From assembly GCA_017464565.1 (NCBI GenBank), contig JAFTZH010000035.1, positions 149,781 through 213,780 of the forward strand: DNA of 64,000 nt, in the 5' to 3' direction. The position numbers and the translations under genes are program-made. The DNA is from Clostridia bacterium. GTDB taxonomy: Bacteria > Bacillota > Clostridia > Oscillospirales > CAG-272. Under the pieces are notes generated by a model. It did no database searches. It had not been told where the DNA came from and saw only the letters and a program-made list of their open reading frames with translations. Below are positions 53,095 through 63,267 of the stretch, one piece after another. Position 1 is the first letter of the stretch; each line of letters opens with the position of its first letter.

Positions 53095-53589
53095 TCACTC
53101 GCCTATTATCATTATCTGAACTGTGCGCTGTCTCGCGCGCGTTTTATCCCAGTCTATAAAATAGATAAATCCGAACTCGCCGAGATCCATCTCTCCCTCG
53201 TCAACTACGATAGTCTGGCTTCTTCCGATTATAGAGGATATAAGGTGCGCGTCGGTGTTATGACAGCCTCTCGCGTCCTCTCCGTGCTCCTCGGCAAACT
53301 TGAGCGCCTTGGGACCCGGGTGGAGATATATTCCCTCTCTGCTGCAGGTGGGAACCATTTTTTCAAACACGTCAACGAGGTCCTGCTGGAGCGTCTCAAG
53401 TCCGGTCATAGACATATCGAACGCGCACTCCTGCGTTATAACGCTGCAGGTCGTGTGGTGCGAGTAAACTACGACTATGCCGTTCTTTATTCCCGACTCG
53501 CGAAGCGCTTCCTTCGCCTGTGCCGTTACGTTGTGGAAGGTGCATACCTTATCGTTTGACTGGAGCTTTACAGCCTTCTTGAATACCAT
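53095..53589 (-). CDS. YjbQ/UPF0047 family protein
   Basis: 164 aa. ...VVVYSHHTTCSVITQE...NTDAHLISSIIGRSQTIVVDEGEMDLGEFGFIYFIDWD... matches the YjbQ pattern. Confidence 0.65.
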   Translation of the reverse strand: MVFKKAVKLQSNDKVCTFHNVTAQAKEALRESGIKNGIVVVYSHHTTCSVITQECAFDMSMTGLETLQQDLVDVFEKMVPTCSREGIYLHPGPKALKFAEEHGEDARGCHNTDAHLISSIIGRSQTIVVDEGEMDLGEFGFIYFIDWDKTRARQRTVQIMIIGE

Positions 53590-53600
53590 TTTTCAAATCC

Positions 53601-54311
53601 TCACTTTCCCTGCTTTGCAAGATCGTCAGCCGCGCGTCTGGTCGCCGCTATCATCTCGTCTATCATAGCTATCGGGTCCTCGGCGTTCATAATACCCGAC
53701 GCCGCGCCTGCCGCCTCGGATCCTGCCATAATGAACTGATATACCTGCTCGCCGTTGGTTATTCCCGCCGCCTGCTCTACCATAATGTCGGGATAAATTT
53801 CCTTTATTACCTTAATAGACTCGGCAACGTAGGACATATCGCTGACTCCGCTTCCGCTGCCTCCGATAAGCTCGGTAGGCTCGGGATTGATTATGTCGGG
53901 GTGAAGCTGTGCTATCGCCTTTGCCTCGGCTATCGTGTCTGCGCAGGCGAACACGAGCATATCAAGCTCACGCGCACGGTCGATAGTCTTTTTTATCTGC
54001 GGGATAGACATAGGCTTCTCGCAGTGGTTTACGACGACGCCCTCGGCGCCCGCCGCTTTGAGTCCCTCGGGGAGTATGTCAGCCATACCTCTTCCGGGAC
54101 GGAGAGTATCCATATATGGTGCGAGAACGATGAGGTGCTTGGTGTTCTCTACCACTCTGCGTATCTCGATAGGAGAGGTGATAAAGAGTACGTCTATATC
54201 GTACTTCTCCGCCGCCTTATCCGCCGCGATAGCGTATTCGAGAATCTTGTCTCCGTAAATGTAGTTTTTCGTGCCGATTTCAAAATACGGCGTTCTTATC
54301 TGTCTTTTCAT
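53601..54311 (-). CDS. triose-phosphate isomerase family paralogue (tetrulose/erythrulose-phosphate isomerase-like)
   Basis: 236 aa. TIM catalytic-position equivalents GTKNY (N/K), NHCEKP (H), PEPTELIGGSG (E). Divergent from housekeeping TpiA. Confidence 0.65.
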   Translation of the reverse strand: MKRQIRTPYFEIGTKNYIYGDKILEYAIAADKAAEKYDIDVLFITSPIEIRRVVENTKHLIVLAPYMDTLRPGRGMADILPEGLKAAGAEGVVVNHCEKPMSIPQIKKTIDRARELDMLVFACADTIAEAKAIAQLHPDIINPEPTELIGGSGSGVSDMSYVAESIKVIKEIYPDIMVEQAAGITNGEQVYQFIMAGSEAAGAASGIMNAEDPIAMIDEMIAATRRAADDLAKQGK

Positions 54312-54329
54312 TTTGCGTAATCCTTTCGC

Positions 54330-55778
54330 TCAGTTAAAGCAATTGAGATATCTTTGATATTTTTCTTTGTAAAATTCAACGTTCTCGGCTATCGGCACGT
54401 CGTGCTTCGATATCTTCACCATTTCCGACGCGGCAGACGCGTAATCGGGATATATTCCCGCTCCGACCGCCGCCATAACCGCCGCTCCCACGCAGCAGGT
54501 GTCGGGCTCGTCGGTAATAAGTATCTCGCAGTTCGTGATATCTCTGACGAGTCCGCGCCACACGTCGCTGTGCGCCGTTCTTCCCGTCATTATCAGCTTG
54601 CTTATTTCACAGCCGAATTTCTTATATTCCTCAAGCACGGTCTTTGCCTCAAACGCAACACCCTCCATAAGAGCGAGGGCTATATCGTACTTGTCGTGCG
54701 ACAGCTCAAGACCCACTATCTTCGCCTTTGCCTCTCTGTCCTCGTGAGGAAAGCCCGCTCCCGCGAGATAGGGAGCGAAAAGGATATTCTTTGCGCTGTC
54801 CCGGCGCTCCGCCGCGCCCGCGTCGATATCGGAATAATCTGTATCTATGATATTTTTATACCATTTGAGTGCCGAACCCGCGCTTATAAGAGTCGCCATA
54901 ACGCCGTAAAGGTCTTTTACGGGGTGAATTCCGGGGCAAACTCTGCTCGGAGTATATACGAGCTTATCGGCAATTCCGAGGACTACCCAAGTAGTACCCG
55001 TCGCGACGAGCATATCGCCCGCAGATATCGCTCCCGATCCAAGAGAGGCGCAGTATTGGTCGTGCGCTCCGTTTATAACCGTAACGTTTTCATTTAGACC
55101 GAAGCTCTCGGCGCACCCGCGCGTAAGCTTTCCGACGACCGAGCCGGCGGGGGCAATCTTCGGCAGTCTGTCCTCCGATATGCCGAGATACGCGAGAATA
55201 TCCGCGTCGTAGCTTCCCGTACCGATATCCATAAGCGAACGTATCGCGGTATTGGTCGGGTCGGAAACGTTATTGCCCGTCATACGAAAATTCATATATT
55301 CGAGGGTTGAGACGAAGGAATAAGCCTTCTCAAACACCTCGGGACTGTGCTTTTTGAGCCAAAGTATTTTCGGAATATCGTTTGAGGTACTGAGCGCCCA
55401 GCCTGCCTTGCGGTAAAGGGTCTCCTCACCGAACTCGCTTACAAGCTCGGCGACCTCCTCGCCCGTGCTTTTGTCCATCCAGGTGATAACGTCGCACAGC
55501 GAGTTGAAATCCTTATCCACGGCAAGCATACTCGCGCCCTGAGTAGAGAGTGAAAGCGCTTCTACGAGGGACGGCTCAACGCCGCTCTCAGATACCGCCT
55601 TACGTACAGCGAAGCACGCCGCGCAGTACCAATCCTCAGCTCGCTGCGAAACTCTGCCGCCCTCTCCGAATATCAGGTCGTATTCCTTATAGCCCTTGCC
55701 GTATATCTTGCCCTTATCGTCGCAGACGACGGCTTTAGTGCCCGTAGTTCCGACGTCAAGTCCTATTACGAAGCGCAT
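54330..55778 (-). CDS. FGGY-family carbohydrate kinase
   Basis: 482 aa. N-terminal GLDVGTTGTKAV, C-terminal FGGY_C region with GGAVMAAVGAG-like motif. Confidence 0.85.
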   Translation of the reverse strand: MRFVIGLDVGTTGTKAVVCDDKGKIYGKGYKEYDLIFGEGGRVSQRAEDWYCAACFAVRKAVSESGVEPSLVEALSLSTQGASMLAVDKDFNSLCDVITWMDKSTGEEVAELVSEFGEETLYRKAGWALSTSNDIPKILWLKKHSPEVFEKAYSFVSTLEYMNFRMTGNNVSDPTNTAIRSLMDIGTGSYDADILAYLGISEDRLPKIAPAGSVVGKLTRGCAESFGLNENVTVINGAHDQYCASLGSGAISAGDMLVATGTTWVVLGIADKLVYTPSRVCPGIHPVKDLYGVMATLISAGSALKWYKNIIDTDYSDIDAGAAERRDSAKNILFAPYLAGAGFPHEDREAKAKIVGLELSHDKYDIALALMEGVAFEAKTVLEEYKKFGCEISKLIMTGRTAHSDVWRGLVRDITNCEILITDEPDTCCVGAAVMAAVGAGIYPDYASAASEMVKISKHDVPIAENVEFYKEKYQRYLNCFN

Positions 55779-55779
55779 A

Positions 55780-56607
55780 TCAGACCTCTGCCGCTATTTT
55801 GAGAAGCAGGTCGCGCGCGCTGATAATATCCTTTATCTGCTCCTCGCCGCTTATCTCGCGCTCTATTATGTAAGGTCCGTCGTAGTTGAGTGCCGAAAGC
55901 TTCTTCATAACGGCGGGCATATTCGCTCTTCCCTCTCCGAGAGGCACCTCGCGTCCGAGCTTGGTTCCCTCGGTAGGATATTCTCCGTCCTTGCAGTGCG
56001 TGTTGCGAACGTATTTTCCGAATACGTCAAGCGCGTCGGCGGTGTTTGCCTTTCCGTAAAGCACGAGGTTGGCGGTATCAAAGTTGATACCTACGTTATC
56101 CATTCCTATCGCCTCGATAGCGCGGAGCATAGTAACGGGGGTCTCCTGTCCCGTCTCGAACAGGAAGGTCTGATTCTTTTCCTTCATATAGGAAACGAGC
56201 TTTTTGAGCGCCGAGACCACGCCGACGAAATTATCGTCGGAGGGTACCTCGGGCAAAAATCCGACGTGAGTCGCAACGTTAGCAACGTTTATCTTCTCGG
56301 CAAAATCGGATGCCGCCATAAGCTCCTTCATTCTTATAAATCTGTACGCCACGGGAACGAGACCGAGCGTGTGAGGACCTTCAACGAAATCCCATACCGC
56401 GGGACCGCTCCAGCCTGCCCAGAGAGCCGTAACCTCAATACCCGTTTTTTCAACTGCTTTTCTTATCGCTTCCGCGTTTTCATCGGTGTAAAGCGTGGGA
56501 TCCCAGCAGGATATCTGACAGCAGTTGAGGTCAAGGCTCTTGACTTCCTCAAGCTTCGCCTCTATATCCACGCCCTTTTCGTATACTACGAGAACGCCTA
56601 TCTTCAT
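55780..56607 (-). CDS. xylose-isomerase-like TIM-barrel sugar(-phosphate) isomerase/epimerase
   Basis: 275 aa. AP-endonuclease-2/xylose-isomerase-like barrel pattern (…FETGQETP…HCKDG…IIERE). Confidence 0.7.
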   Translation of the reverse strand: MKIGVLVVYEKGVDIEAKLEEVKSLDLNCCQISCWDPTLYTDENAEAIRKAVEKTGIEVTALWAGWSGPAVWDFVEGPHTLGLVPVAYRFIRMKELMAASDFAEKINVANVATHVGFLPEVPSDDNFVGVVSALKKLVSYMKEKNQTFLFETGQETPVTMLRAIEAIGMDNVGINFDTANLVLYGKANTADALDVFGKYVRNTHCKDGEYPTEGTKLGREVPLGEGRANMPAVMKKLSALNYDGPYIIEREISGEEQIKDIISARDLLLKIAAEV

Positions 56608-56621
56608 TTCAGTTTTCTCCT

Positions 56622-57635
56622 TTAATTAAAATCAATAATCTTTCCGCCCTCGTCGGCGCTCTTCTTCATCGTCTCGATGAGCTTTATCGTCTTAGCCGCG
56701 CTCTCGGGGGGATTTTCGGTGTTCTCCGCACCCGACTCTATAATTCCCGCGAAATACTCAAGCTCTGCCGTGATACCGTCAACGTCGTCAAGCTCGGGCG
56801 AGAATACCTCTGAGCCGTCCTTGGGATATACCTTTACCGCGCCGTTTTCAAACGCGACGGTAGCGCCCTCAAAATCAACTCTGTAGCCCGCGGTAAAATT
56901 ATACTGCGTAAGCGTCCAGTCTCCGACGGCGGTTACGGGAGTATCTCCGTAAAAGAGCGAGGTCTGAACGGTATCGTACTTCGTCAGACTGTGTCCCGCG
57001 CGGCAGCTTACCGCGTCGGGCTCGCCGAAGAGATATCTTACCATATCTATATCGTGAATGTGGAGGTCGGTTATACAGCCTCCCGATTTTGAGTAGTCCA
57101 TAAACCAGTTTTCCCAACCCCAAATCGGAGGCGCGCTGAGTCTCTGGAAGAAAGCGGAAAGAACCTTGCCGTATTTTCCGCTGCCGATACATTCCTTAAG
57201 GAACTGATACTGCGGATAGAAGCGCAGACATTGACCTATCATAAGCTTGCCCTTCGCCTTCTTTGCGGCGTCGAGCATTCTCGCGCAGTTCTCCGAATCG
57301 AGCGACATAGGCTTTTCGCTCATTACGTTATATCCGCGTCCGAGCATATCTATCGCCATATCCGCGTGCAGATACGAGGGGATACAGATATCGACCATAT
57401 CGGGCTTCTCGGCAGCAAGCATTTCCTCAAGGTCGGTGTAAAACTTAATGTTCTCATTCTCGTTTATCTCGGCTTTTCCGAGGTTTATTTCTATGTTTCC
57501 TTCAAATCTCTCGGGACAGATATCGTAAGCCGCGACCAGCTTTATCTTGCCGTCCTTGGCGAGCTTGGAATATCCGCTTCTGTGAGCCTGTGCTATCCCG
57601 CCGAAGCCTATAAGTACTGATTTTATCATTTTCAA
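56622..57635 (-). CDS. Gfo/Idh/MocA family NAD(P)-dependent oxidoreductase
   Basis: 337 aa. N-terminal Rossmann VLIGFGGIAQAH, EKP motif (MSEKPM). Confidence 0.85.
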   Translation of the reverse strand: MKMIKSVLIGFGGIAQAHRSGYSKLAKDGKIKLVAAYDICPERFEGNIEINLGKAEINENENIKFYTDLEEMLAAEKPDMVDICIPSYLHADMAIDMLGRGYNVMSEKPMSLDSENCARMLDAAKKAKGKLMIGQCLRFYPQYQFLKECIGSGKYGKVLSAFFQRLSAPPIWGWENWFMDYSKSGGCITDLHIHDIDMVRYLFGEPDAVSCRAGHSLTKYDTVQTSLFYGDTPVTAVGDWTLTQYNFTAGYRVDFEGATVAFENGAVKVYPKDGSEVFSPELDDVDGITAELEYFAGIIESGAENTENPPESAAKTIKLIETMKKSADEGGKIIDFN

Positions 57636-57654
57636 TTACTCCTTGTTAAAAAAA

Positions 57655-58668
57655 TCAAGTGGATTTTGCCGACGTCATACGTGAAGCGTAGGTCTGCGAT
57701 ATTTCCTGCTTAAGCTCCCCGCTGCCGAAGAAAAAGCTTTCTATATCGTCAGCAAGCGCGAGAGTTACCATTTTTCTGCGGTCGTAGGTAGGCCCGCCCA
57801 TATGAGGTATGCAAATAACGTTGTCGAGCTTACGCAGAGGATAATCGAGAGGAAGGGGTTCCTCCGCCTCGTACACGTCGAGAACCGCGTTGAAGCGCTT
57901 TTTCTCAAGCTCCTTTATAAGCGCCTGCTCGTCTATTACGGGACCGCGCGCCGTATTTATAAGGAGCGCTCCGTCGGGTATCATAGAGAGAAGTCTCTCG
58001 TTTACCATATGAAACGTCTTATCGGTCATCGCCGAATGAATAGAGATTATCTTGCAGGTACTGAATATCTCCTCTATCGAGGCGGTCTCAAAACCGTACG
58101 TTTTTTTGTCCTCTTCGGTAATATACGGCTTATCTACGACCTTGAATTTAAGTCTGAAGGTCTTGCCAAGCTGCATAAGACTCTTGGATATCATTCCGAA
58201 TCCCACGATACCTACCGTCTGGTCAAGAAGTCCTTCCCATATCTCTCCCTCGTACCAGCCGCCCTCTCTTGAGCGCTGCGTAAACTCGGGTATCCTTCTG
58301 AGAGACGCCAGCGCGTAAGCTATTACCGCCTCCGCGACCGACTCGGCGTAAAGTCTGTTTCCGCTTATAACCTTTATTCCCTTGCCGTAAAGGTAATCAG
58401 ACGCGACGGGTGTAACCGCTCCTCCCGTATGAGCGAGAAGCTTTAAGGTGTCGTTCCCGCGGAGGACGTTCTCGTCGAGAAGTCCCGTACCCCAGCCGGT
58501 AAGAGCCACGTCCTTGCCGAGCAGATGCTCGTGAAGCTCCTCGGAGGTATAGTTTCTGCCCGTCGTATTGTACTCGACCTCGCCCAAGCTCTCAAGTCTT
58601 TCGCAGACGTGAGGCGGGAAGAAGCTCGTTCTTACAGGTCCCTCGGGAACCGTAACTAAAATCTTCAT
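57655..58668 (-). CDS. D-isomer-specific 2-hydroxyacid dehydrogenase family protein
   Basis: 337 aa. NAD motif VGIVGFGMISK, catalytic region INTARG...HMGG. Confidence 0.8.
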   Translation of the reverse strand: MKILVTVPEGPVRTSFFPPHVCERLESLGEVEYNTTGRNYTSEELHEHLLGKDVALTGWGTGLLDENVLRGNDTLKLLAHTGGAVTPVASDYLYGKGIKVISGNRLYAESVAEAVIAYALASLRRIPEFTQRSREGGWYEGEIWEGLLDQTVGIVGFGMISKSLMQLGKTFRLKFKVVDKPYITEEDKKTYGFETASIEEIFSTCKIISIHSAMTDKTFHMVNERLLSMIPDGALLINTARGPVIDEQALIKELEKKRFNAVLDVYEAEEPLPLDYPLRKLDNVICIPHMGGPTYDRRKMVTLALADDIESFFFGSGELKQEISQTYASRMTSAKST

Positions 58669-58709
58669 AAATCAAGTCCTTTCTTAATATCAAACGCTTT
58701 CGCGCAATA

Positions 58710-59330
58710 TCAGCCTTTGGTGAGATAACCGGAAATCGAATCGTGCAGTATCTTTTTCTGCGTTTTTACTATTTTTTCGTCGTCCAGGTCCATTCCAAGC
58801 AGGTGAGGCAGCGTATATCTGTTTGAAAAATATGAAAACGCTCCCGTTATGAGCGCGAAAACGACGTGTCTTGTGCGAACGTTCTCGCCGAACACTCCGT
58901 CATCTCTGCCCTTTCTAACCATACTTTCGACCGCTTCGATAATGGGAGCTTTATATCCGCTGACGGTAGCGATATTCTTCATCGTTCTCGCCTCGTTAAG
59001 GTTCTCCCACATAATTATTTTCACAAAATCGGGATGCGCGAAAAGAAAATCGAAGTATTTGTCTATGATAATAGATATCATATCCATATAATTCATATTC
59101 TTGTCGTTTACTATATCGACCTCAACCTGCAAAAGAGATTCGTACTCGTATTTGATAACACACTCATAAAGCGCCTCTTTAGAGCCGTAATACTGATATA
59201 TCATTCCCTTGTTACAGCCCGCGTCTGCCGCGATAGTATCTATTCTCGCTCCCGCAAGTCCCTTGTCGGAAAATTCTTTTATCGCCGCGTTCAAAATATT
59301 CTGCTTGGTGAGCTTTGAATTTCTTTCCAT
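58710..59330 (-). CDS. TetR/AcrR family transcriptional regulator
   Basis: 206 aa. N-terminal HTH ILNAAIKEFSDKGLAGARIDTIAADAGCNKGMIYQYYGSKEALY. Confidence 0.88.
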   Translation of the reverse strand: MERNSKLTKQNILNAAIKEFSDKGLAGARIDTIAADAGCNKGMIYQYYGSKEALYECVIKYEYESLLQVEVDIVNDKNMNYMDMISIIIDKYFDFLFAHPDFVKIIMWENLNEARTMKNIATVSGYKAPIIEAVESMVRKGRDDGVFGENVRTRHVVFALITGAFSYFSNRYTLPHLLGMDLDDEKIVKTQKKILHDSISGYLTKG

Positions 59331-59354
59331 TATCCCTGCCTATCTTTCTTAAAA

Positions 59355-60371
59355 TTAATACTTACCGTTTCTTGCCTCAAAGTGAGTGGGCTTTCCAAGC
59401 GTCTTACCGCCGTTCTTGAGCCAATCGGCCTGCATATCAATAAGCTCACCCGCGCTTATCGAGGGATATCCGAAAGCCTTTATACATTCCATAGTGTTTA
59501 CGAGATAAGCGTCGTTTTCAGGCTCGCCCTCAAATATAGGCTCGATGCCGAGAGCGCATCCGAGCTTCTCCGCAACGTACTTTACCGAGACTACCTCGGG
59601 ACCCGAAATATTCATCTTAACTACGGGAGAATCAGCTAGGAGTATTGATCTGAGCGCATATTCGTTCGCGCTTCCCTGCCATATGTAGTTGAAGCAAGCG
59701 TTGCCGAGCTGAACAGGCTTACCCTCCATAATGTTGGTTCCTATATCGCAGAGAACGCCGTAATTGAGCGCGACGGCAAAGCAAAGTCTGTAAATAAATA
59801 CCTTCGTACCGTAACGGTTAGCGACATACTCGAACGCTCTCTCGCGCGCGAGACAGCTCATAGGATACTCTCCGAGAGGAACTACGGGGTCCTGCTCGGT
59901 GCATCCGCCGCGGTTTACGGGAGCTATGGGATAAATATTTGCGGAGGAGAAAACGACTATTCTTGAATTTTTATACTTGTTCGCAACAAAAGCGGGCAAG
60001 GTCGAGTTCATAGCCCAAGTTTCCCACTCGTTTCCGTCGGTTCCGAATTTCTTTCCGGGCATATAGATGATATTTTCCGCGTCGGGAAGATTTTTAAGAG
60101 CCTCCATATCGAGCAGATCCGCCTTGATAACGGTAACTCCGCAGTTCTGAAGATATTTGCAAGCCTCCTCCGAGCTGAAACGGGATACGGCGTATATCTT
60201 CTTTTCAAGTCCTGCCGCCTTTACCGCCTTTGCCGCAAGCTCGCAAAGCGTGGGTCCCATCTTTCCGCCGGCACCGAGGATCATTATATCTCCCTCAATC
60301 TTCTTCATATCCTCAATAAGAGCCGCAGAGGGTGTTGTCATCAGTTCGTTAAGTTGTTCGTTAGTCAGCAT
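59355..60371 (-). CDS. NAD-dependent epimerase/dehydratase (SDR extended family)
   Basis: 338 aa. Rossmann IMILGAGGKMGP. Extended-SDR length. Confidence 0.7.
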   Translation of the reverse strand: MLTNEQLNELMTTPSAALIEDMKKIEGDIMILGAGGKMGPTLCELAAKAVKAAGLEKKIYAVSRFSSEEACKYLQNCGVTVIKADLLDMEALKNLPDAENIIYMPGKKFGTDGNEWETWAMNSTLPAFVANKYKNSRIVVFSSANIYPIAPVNRGGCTEQDPVVPLGEYPMSCLARERAFEYVANRYGTKVFIYRLCFAVALNYGVLCDIGTNIMEGKPVQLGNACFNYIWQGSANEYALRSILLADSPVVKMNISGPEVVSVKYVAEKLGCALGIEPIFEGEPENDAYLVNTMECIKAFGYPSISAGELIDMQADWLKNGGKTLGKPTHFEARNGKY

Positions 60372-60420
60372 TGTTCTTCTCCAATCTTAATTTTATATGT
60401 TTTATTTATTATATATACGT

Positions 60421-61698
60421 TTATATATTTTCGGATTTGCATCCGTTGTATTCTTCTTTGATTTTTATAGCCTTCTCGGCTCCGTTCACAAGTAAATCAA
60501 TAACCGTAGCGGTCATTATTTTACAAGGAAGTATATGTGTAACGTAATCGTCGGTGCTGCAGAATTCACGGCTGTGCGCTCCTCCGCAATAGCCTCCGAA
60601 CGTCGGCTGAATGGCGGGGATTTTGAGGCTGAGGTCTCCCATATCGGTCGAGCCTACCATATCTATACCGTGATATATCTTATCCGCAGGCATAAACTCC
60701 AGCGCGTTGTTCTCGAACAGCGAGCCGAGCGTCTTGTCCTGACACAGCGGAGCATAGCTTCCGATATCCTCTATCACGACCTCGGCTCCCACGGCGTAAG
60801 CCGCCCCTCTTATCGCTCTGTCCACCTTAAAGCAGGCGTCCTCAATAGCAGCGGGAGTAGCGCCTCTTACGTAAGTCTCCATAGTTACGTCGGCGGGAAC
60901 GACGTTTACGAGGTCTCCTCCCTTCGTGATTATGGGATGAACCCTTATCTTGTCCTCGTCTCTGAAGGTCTCTCGCATAGTATGTATGCACATCATTGCC
61001 GCCATTGCCGCGTTGAGCGCGTTTATTCCCTCGTGAGGCGCGCCTCCCGCGTGAGCGGCTTTTCCTACGAATCGTATCTTTTTCGCAACGAATCCGAGGC
61101 TGTTGCAATCTATATAACAGCTTTTTTCGGGTTCGTTAGGCTGCGAATGAACCATCATCGCGCAGGATATATCATCAAAAAAACCCTGCGCCGCGAGCTC
61201 TTTTTTTCCGCTGAGCTCGCGTATTTTTCCTTCGTCGCGAAGGTTCTGTCTGTATTCCAGCTCCACAAATTCCTCCGCCGGAACCGCGAGGAAGGTTACG
61301 TTGCCGTCCAGATATTCGGCAACGCCGCTGTTTTTCAGCGCGTCAGCGCATCCAAGCATCTGCGCTATCTGTATGTTGTGTCCGCACGAGTGCGCCGCTC
61401 CGGTGAGCTTATCCGCTCTCGGATGATCCGGGGTCAGTACCGCATCAAGCTCACCGATAACGCACACATCGGCTCTGCAGCTCTCCGGCTTCAGACGCGA
61501 CGTAACCCCCGTAAGAGCCACGCCTCGGATATCTGAAAGTCCGAGCTTCTGCATTTCATCACGGACGTAAGCTGACGTTTTCGTCTCCTTATATCCAAGC
61601 TCGGGGGTAGACATTATCGTTTCCCCGTGAGCTATTATTTTATCGCTTATACTATCAATATAATCAAAGGCGAGCTTCTTCAATTCTGCAGTTTTCAT
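60421..61698 (-). CDS. M20/M25/M40 family amidohydrolase (AbgB/aminoacylase-like)
   Basis: 425 aa. ...HSCGHN...metal-ligand motif, PAEE, dimerisation-domain insertion. Confidence 0.75.
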   Translation of the reverse strand: MKTAELKKLAFDYIDSISDKIIAHGETIMSTPELGYKETKTSAYVRDEMQKLGLSDIRGVALTGVTSRLKPESCRADVCVIGELDAVLTPDHPRADKLTGAAHSCGHNIQIAQMLGCADALKNSGVAEYLDGNVTFLAVPAEEFVELEYRQNLRDEGKIRELSGKKELAAQGFFDDISCAMMVHSQPNEPEKSCYIDCNSLGFVAKKIRFVGKAAHAGGAPHEGINALNAAMAAMMCIHTMRETFRDEDKIRVHPIITKGGDLVNVVPADVTMETYVRGATPAAIEDACFKVDRAIRGAAYAVGAEVVIEDIGSYAPLCQDKTLGSLFENNALEFMPADKIYHGIDMVGSTDMGDLSLKIPAIQPTFGGYCGGAHSREFCSTDDYVTHILPCKIMTATVIDLLVNGAEKAIKIKEEYNGCKSENI

Positions 61699-61753
61699 TT
61701 TACGTTCCGCGCTCTTTGAAGAAGCGCGCCTTTCTTAAATTATTCTTGGTTTA

Positions 61754-63244
61754 TCAGCTATCGAGAGTAGCCAAGGTATTCAGCATACTGTCAAGGAAGG
61801 GCTTGAGCTGAGACTGCTTTGAGCCGAAGTAGGATGCGAGGTTCTCCTCGGTTCCTATTACGGGATAAGGCCACTGGAGAGAGGACGCGAACTGCGCTCC
61901 GAAGTCGAGAGTGATGGTATCGACGATAAGGTCGAGCATCTGCGTGGACTCGGGATCCTTCATATTCTTAAACTTAAGAGTGGTCTGGAAGTATTCCATA
62001 GTAACGCTCTTATAGGTCTCGAAGCAAAGAGCCTCAAGAACGGCAGACGCTTCGGTTCTCTGCGTTCCCGCGTTCATAATAGCGAACTGCGAGTGTACCG
62101 ACTCGGAAGAGGTTCTGTAATTTTCCTGAGCGTCGTCATACTTGGGAAGCGGAACCACTCCGTAATCAACGTCGGTAGCTCTGAGCGAAAGCGAATAATG
62201 GAGAAGCTCGGTGATGAACATAGCCTTCGAGGACTGGAACATCTCCTGCGCTCCCGTTCTCGCCGCGTCGTCGGCTCCGTTTACGTAAACGCCGTTAGAG
62301 GTTTGAAGCATATCGTAGAAATCGCCCCAGATATCGTAGTTTCTCTGCTTGTCAAAGGTAAAGCTGATATTTCCGTTAGCGTCCTTTTCAGCGACGGTAG
62401 CTCCGAACGCCGTGGGATATCCGTCTCGTCCGCAGGAGAAGGAGGGAGATACGTATCCGAAGATATCGCCCGAGTCCTTTTCACCGCTCTTTGTTCCCGA
62501 GTCGGTATGAATGTCTACGACGAGCTTCTTGAATTCCTCAAAGGTCCAATCGCCCTCGTTTACCATATCGTAAAGATTTTTGTCGGGATATTCGGACTCG
62601 AACATCGTCTTGTTGAAGTACATAACGAACGCGCTGTCTATCATCGAGAGAGCAAGCTCGCCCTGAATGGTATAGAGTCTGTCCTGATAGGTACATTCGT
62701 CAACAAAGCTTCCGTTCCACCAAGCCGCGTCGGTATCTATATAATCGAGAGAGTGGATATTGGTGAAGTAGCCTTCGAGCGACAGAGGTACGAGAGCGTA
62801 GTTGGGTCCCGAAATTATATCGTAATAATCGGGTCCGTTCGCGTTGTTACGTATCTCTGACATATATTCCGCCTTCTGAGCGAAATTACCTGCCTTGAGA
62901 ACGGGTTCAAGAGTGATTCCGAGCGTCTGCTCGACCTTTTTGTTTCTGTTGTAAACAGCGTCGGAAAGTCCCTCGTCAGCTACCATTTCGGGAGATATCT
63001 CAAAGCTGGTGTCTTCTCTGTTTCTTGCGAGATATCTGATGGTTATTCCGCCGAAATTAAGACCTTCGGGAAGTGAGCTTTGAGCGTTTTCACGGGTAAC
63101 GGTATCGGTAAATCCGCCATCGCCCGTTCTTACAACAGTCGTGGCAACCGTGGTCGATTCTTCCTCTTTATCCTTATCGCCGCAAGCGACGAAGCAAGAA
63201 AAGACGAGAAGAAGCATCAAAGCAAAAGCCAATACTCTTTTCAT
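61754..63244 (-). CDS. ABC transporter extracellular solute-binding lipoprotein (sugar/oligosaccharide type)
   Basis: 496 aa. Lipobox LLLVFSCFVACGD followed by an acidic linker. Large family-1-like SBP size. No permease genes within the window. Confidence 0.75.
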   Translation of the reverse strand: MKRVLAFALMLLLVFSCFVACGDKDKEEESTTVATTVVRTGDGGFTDTVTRENAQSSLPEGLNFGGITIRYLARNREDTSFEISPEMVADEGLSDAVYNRNKKVEQTLGITLEPVLKAGNFAQKAEYMSEIRNNANGPDYYDIISGPNYALVPLSLEGYFTNIHSLDYIDTDAAWWNGSFVDECTYQDRLYTIQGELALSMIDSAFVMYFNKTMFESEYPDKNLYDMVNEGDWTFEEFKKLVVDIHTDSGTKSGEKDSGDIFGYVSPSFSCGRDGYPTAFGATVAEKDANGNISFTFDKQRNYDIWGDFYDMLQTSNGVYVNGADDAARTGAQEMFQSSKAMFITELLHYSLSLRATDVDYGVVPLPKYDDAQENYRTSSESVHSQFAIMNAGTQRTEASAVLEALCFETYKSVTMEYFQTTLKFKNMKDPESTQMLDLIVDTITLDFGAQFASSLQWPYPVIGTEENLASYFGSKQSQLKPFLDSMLNTLATLDS

Positions 63245-63267
63245 TTTCTTTTTCTCCTTTTAATAAA

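Noticed and set aside
60535-61536. 333-aa plus-strand ORF opposite the M20 amidohydrolase gene (similar cases at 54354-55097, 55696-56625, 62093-62860, 45965-46813)
   Set aside because: Shadow ORFs opposite recognisable enzymes. No RBS or motifs.
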